A DNA stretch of 64,000 bases from Podarcis tiliguerta (Eukaryota). Below are positions 61,514 to 64,000 of the stretch, one piece after another. The notes below the pieces were generated by a model. It did no database searches and was not told where the DNA came from. It worked only from the letters and a program-made list of their open reading frames with translations. The translations under genes were made by a program, and so were the position numbers. Each line of letters starts with the position of its first letter. Within the stretch, counting starts at the first letter, position 1. Location: assembly GCA_965153285.1 (NCBI GenBank), contig OZ229111.1. One strand, written 5' to 3'.

Positions 61514-61519
61514 AATAAA
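61514..61519 (+). terminator. Candidate main SPARC polyadenylation signal (alternatives at 61043 and 61969)
   Basis: AATAAA ~1.18 kb after the stop codon with GT-rich sequence downstream; would give a ~2.2 kb mRNA. Confidence 0.55.
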
Positions 61520-62604
61520 CATTTGCATTTGGGTTGAGAAAACTCAGGGGAAGTATCTTCCTAATAAGAACATCTTCAGTAGCAACAAATAGTTAGGTCT
61601 CATAGGCTGAGAAGTCACTTTTATTTCTTAATGTACTCTGTACATCTTAGTTGTACAAAAATGTTGCTGCAGTGTGAGCAATGAGGAATTTTCTCAAACA
61701 AACAAAAAAAGGAGCTATTTGAAACCACCACGCTATATGAGATAAAAAATGAATCTGTAGTCCTCAGTATATTACTAGTGACCCTCATCTCAGCAGGGTC
61801 ACTTCCAACCGTCTTCTGGGAGCTGAAATTCTACTGTTTGAAAAAAGCCATTTATCCTAGATTTGATCATTTGACACCTTTAGTAAAAAAGAAGGACATA
61901 TATCTACAGGTGAGCATGGCACTGAAGTATGGGCTAGAAGATTAATCAGTTCTATGCCAGTCCTGTTGAATAAAGGTGAGATCTTAGGCCCTGGGAGGTT
62001 ACTTCTTAATGTACAATCTATATTCAGGATTTGAATTGGTTGAACAGTGATTTCTGTAACCCATGAACCCTGGGAACTGTTTTTTTTTTAGGTGGCTAGA
62101 GACTTCAGACATAGAATTCTCTGCTCCTGTACCAAGATATTATTCCCATGACACTTTGGGAGAAGCTGTGATAGTTAAATTAACACAAAATATTTAGTCT
62201 GCTTGCAAAGTGCTCCCCTCTTTCTACCCTGCTTTCAATGAACAGACCACAAGCTGTTCAGTAAGTTTAAAATGCTTGAGAAATATTCCAAAGGTCAGAT
62301 TCATGCCTTTATCCAAGCAGCAGCAAAAAGAGCTCAGGCAGAATACTCTTGGATAGAAGATACAGAAAGATTGCTTCAAACACATGCTCTAAGCTTAGAG
62401 CAAGGCTTAGACATCCTTCTTGGTCAGTTGCATGGTGTGGAGAGAGACTAGGAAGAGATGGCTTCACTTCCTCTCTCATTGGTGGTGGAGGAGCGGGAGC
62501 TAGCCGAGTCTAGTAATCCAGCTCTATTGTTTTGACCCCTTCATGCACTAACTAGCACTCATGCATAGTTATGTTTGACTGCAGTTTCCCACAATCTGCT
62601 TCCA

Positions 62605-62837
62605 GGGGATGTGGTGATGGCCAACAACTTGGATGCCTTTAAAAAAGGATTCAATGAGGTTACGTTTATCAATGGCTGCTAGCCATGATGGCTATGTTCT
62701 ACCTCCACTGTCAGAGGCATTTTCCAGGAATCGCAGATGAGTGGACAGGCATCTGGCTGGCCACCATGAGAACATGATGCTGGACTAGGTGGTCCTTTGG
62801 CCTGATGCAGCCGGGCTCTTCTGAGGCTCTTATGTTC
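62605..62837 (+). mobile_element. CR1 LINE 3' end
   Basis: DVVMANNLDAFKKG ORF2 terminus plus gctggactag...ggcctgat...ctcttatgttc tail. Confidence 0.75.
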
Positions 62838-64000
62838 CACTTCAGTCATGGCAACAGGAAGCCAAGTTTTCTTGCGCTTCCTGCTTTGCCGCTTATGTCA
62901 TGAAAAGTCACTCCAGGAGGGTGGGCACACACAAACCCCGTAATTCACACAGGGTTTCATCTCATGTTCTCCAGCCTTGGGCTTTCATGCATGCTAAGCG
63001 GCCCTGGAAAGGAAAACAAACCCCAAGTCATAAATACAGGAGACTGGTTATTTTGGGCAGTGCAGAATCCCAAAGCATTAGCTTAGAACTCCCATGACCG
63101 CAGGAAACCATGATGCCCCTACTAGTTAGTTGAAGGCATAAAACTGTCAGGGCTCATTTCCGCCCAGCGACATCAACTCCAGTTTTCCATGTGTGCTGCA
63201 TTCTGAACACCAGGACTTTCCTAGGTGTCTCTAAGGAATCAATTCACTAAGTCTCTGTAAGCTTCCACACTTGAAAGTTGGATCCAAGTAAGTTATACTC
63301 AAGAGTAGATCTAAGTTTGTCATGTCCGTTAGTTTTAATGAGTCTACTCTGAGTAGGACTACCACAGACTGTGAACTTGGGGTGGGGTTTGCTAAGTTGT
63401 GGGTAAATATATATGACCCTAAAGAAGATAATGTATAAGGCTTATATTAAAATGGCTGGTTGACACCACAGCACTGCACATCTCTCAGAGACAGATCAAA
63501 ACAGCCCCAAAGTCTTCATGATTCCCCTCCTTCCTCCAGTTGTAAATCCAATACACAAAATAATTGACAATTTGTTACCTTTCCATGGTACCCCATCCAA
63601 AACTTGTCTGAGGTGGCTGCTCCACCTTGCCTAACATTAGGGCCATTCCTGGCATCTCTTCAGCTAAGTACGGGAACCCTTGTTAGAACCTCAAAAATTC
63701 AACCAGCCATGAATAAACCATTCAGCCAGAAATGTTTGTGGGATTGTATCAGTGTCCTGAATCAACAAGCTGCTGCATGAGCAACTAAATATTTTGGATG
63801 AAGGGATACTGCCTGTAATCCTCAGCCATCATGAAGATCATATTATGGTTGCCAATGATATTGTGCCAGGAGCTATCATCTCCAGATACGGTGCAAGCAA
63901 TGGCACACAACTGAGTGGAGTAGAAGCAAAACAATAGCAGGAAATATGAGACCCACTTAAGGATGACTCATCTGTTTTGTAGATAAGCAGCCAAGACTCA

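Overview
Vertebrate (squamate, most likely lacertid lizard, judged from the Sauria SINE sequence type) genomic DNA with two protein-coding genes on the + strand. The first is the 3' part of ATOX1 (copper chaperone): coding exons 1949-2024 and 4269-4393, with a probable non-coding terminal exon at about 6851-7145; exon 1 lies upstream of the window. The second is the complete SPARC/osteonectin gene: GGA-box promoter and non-coding exon 1 ending at 38299, nine coding exons from 49993 to 60338 giving 298 aa, and a 3' UTR with four miR-29 seed matches. The ~31 kb between the genes and the introns are densely filled with transposon remnants: Sauria SINEs, several other tRNA-headed SINEs, L2/CR1/L1 fragments, Tigger-like and hAT MITEs with intact TSDs, two LTR-like elements at assembly gaps, and a Penelope-like inverted repeat with a minimal hammerhead ribozyme core. 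Nearly all ORFs in the supplied track are spurious or TE-derived. I found no evidence of a new protein-coding system. The most notable items are the hammerhead hairpin, SINEs sharing one CR1 tail under different tRNA heads, a SINE hit by three DNA transposons, ZNF143/THAP11-like motifs spread by MITEs, and several SPARC splicing/UTR peculiarities. Repeat family names and cross-species comparisons are from recognition and memory, not database searches.
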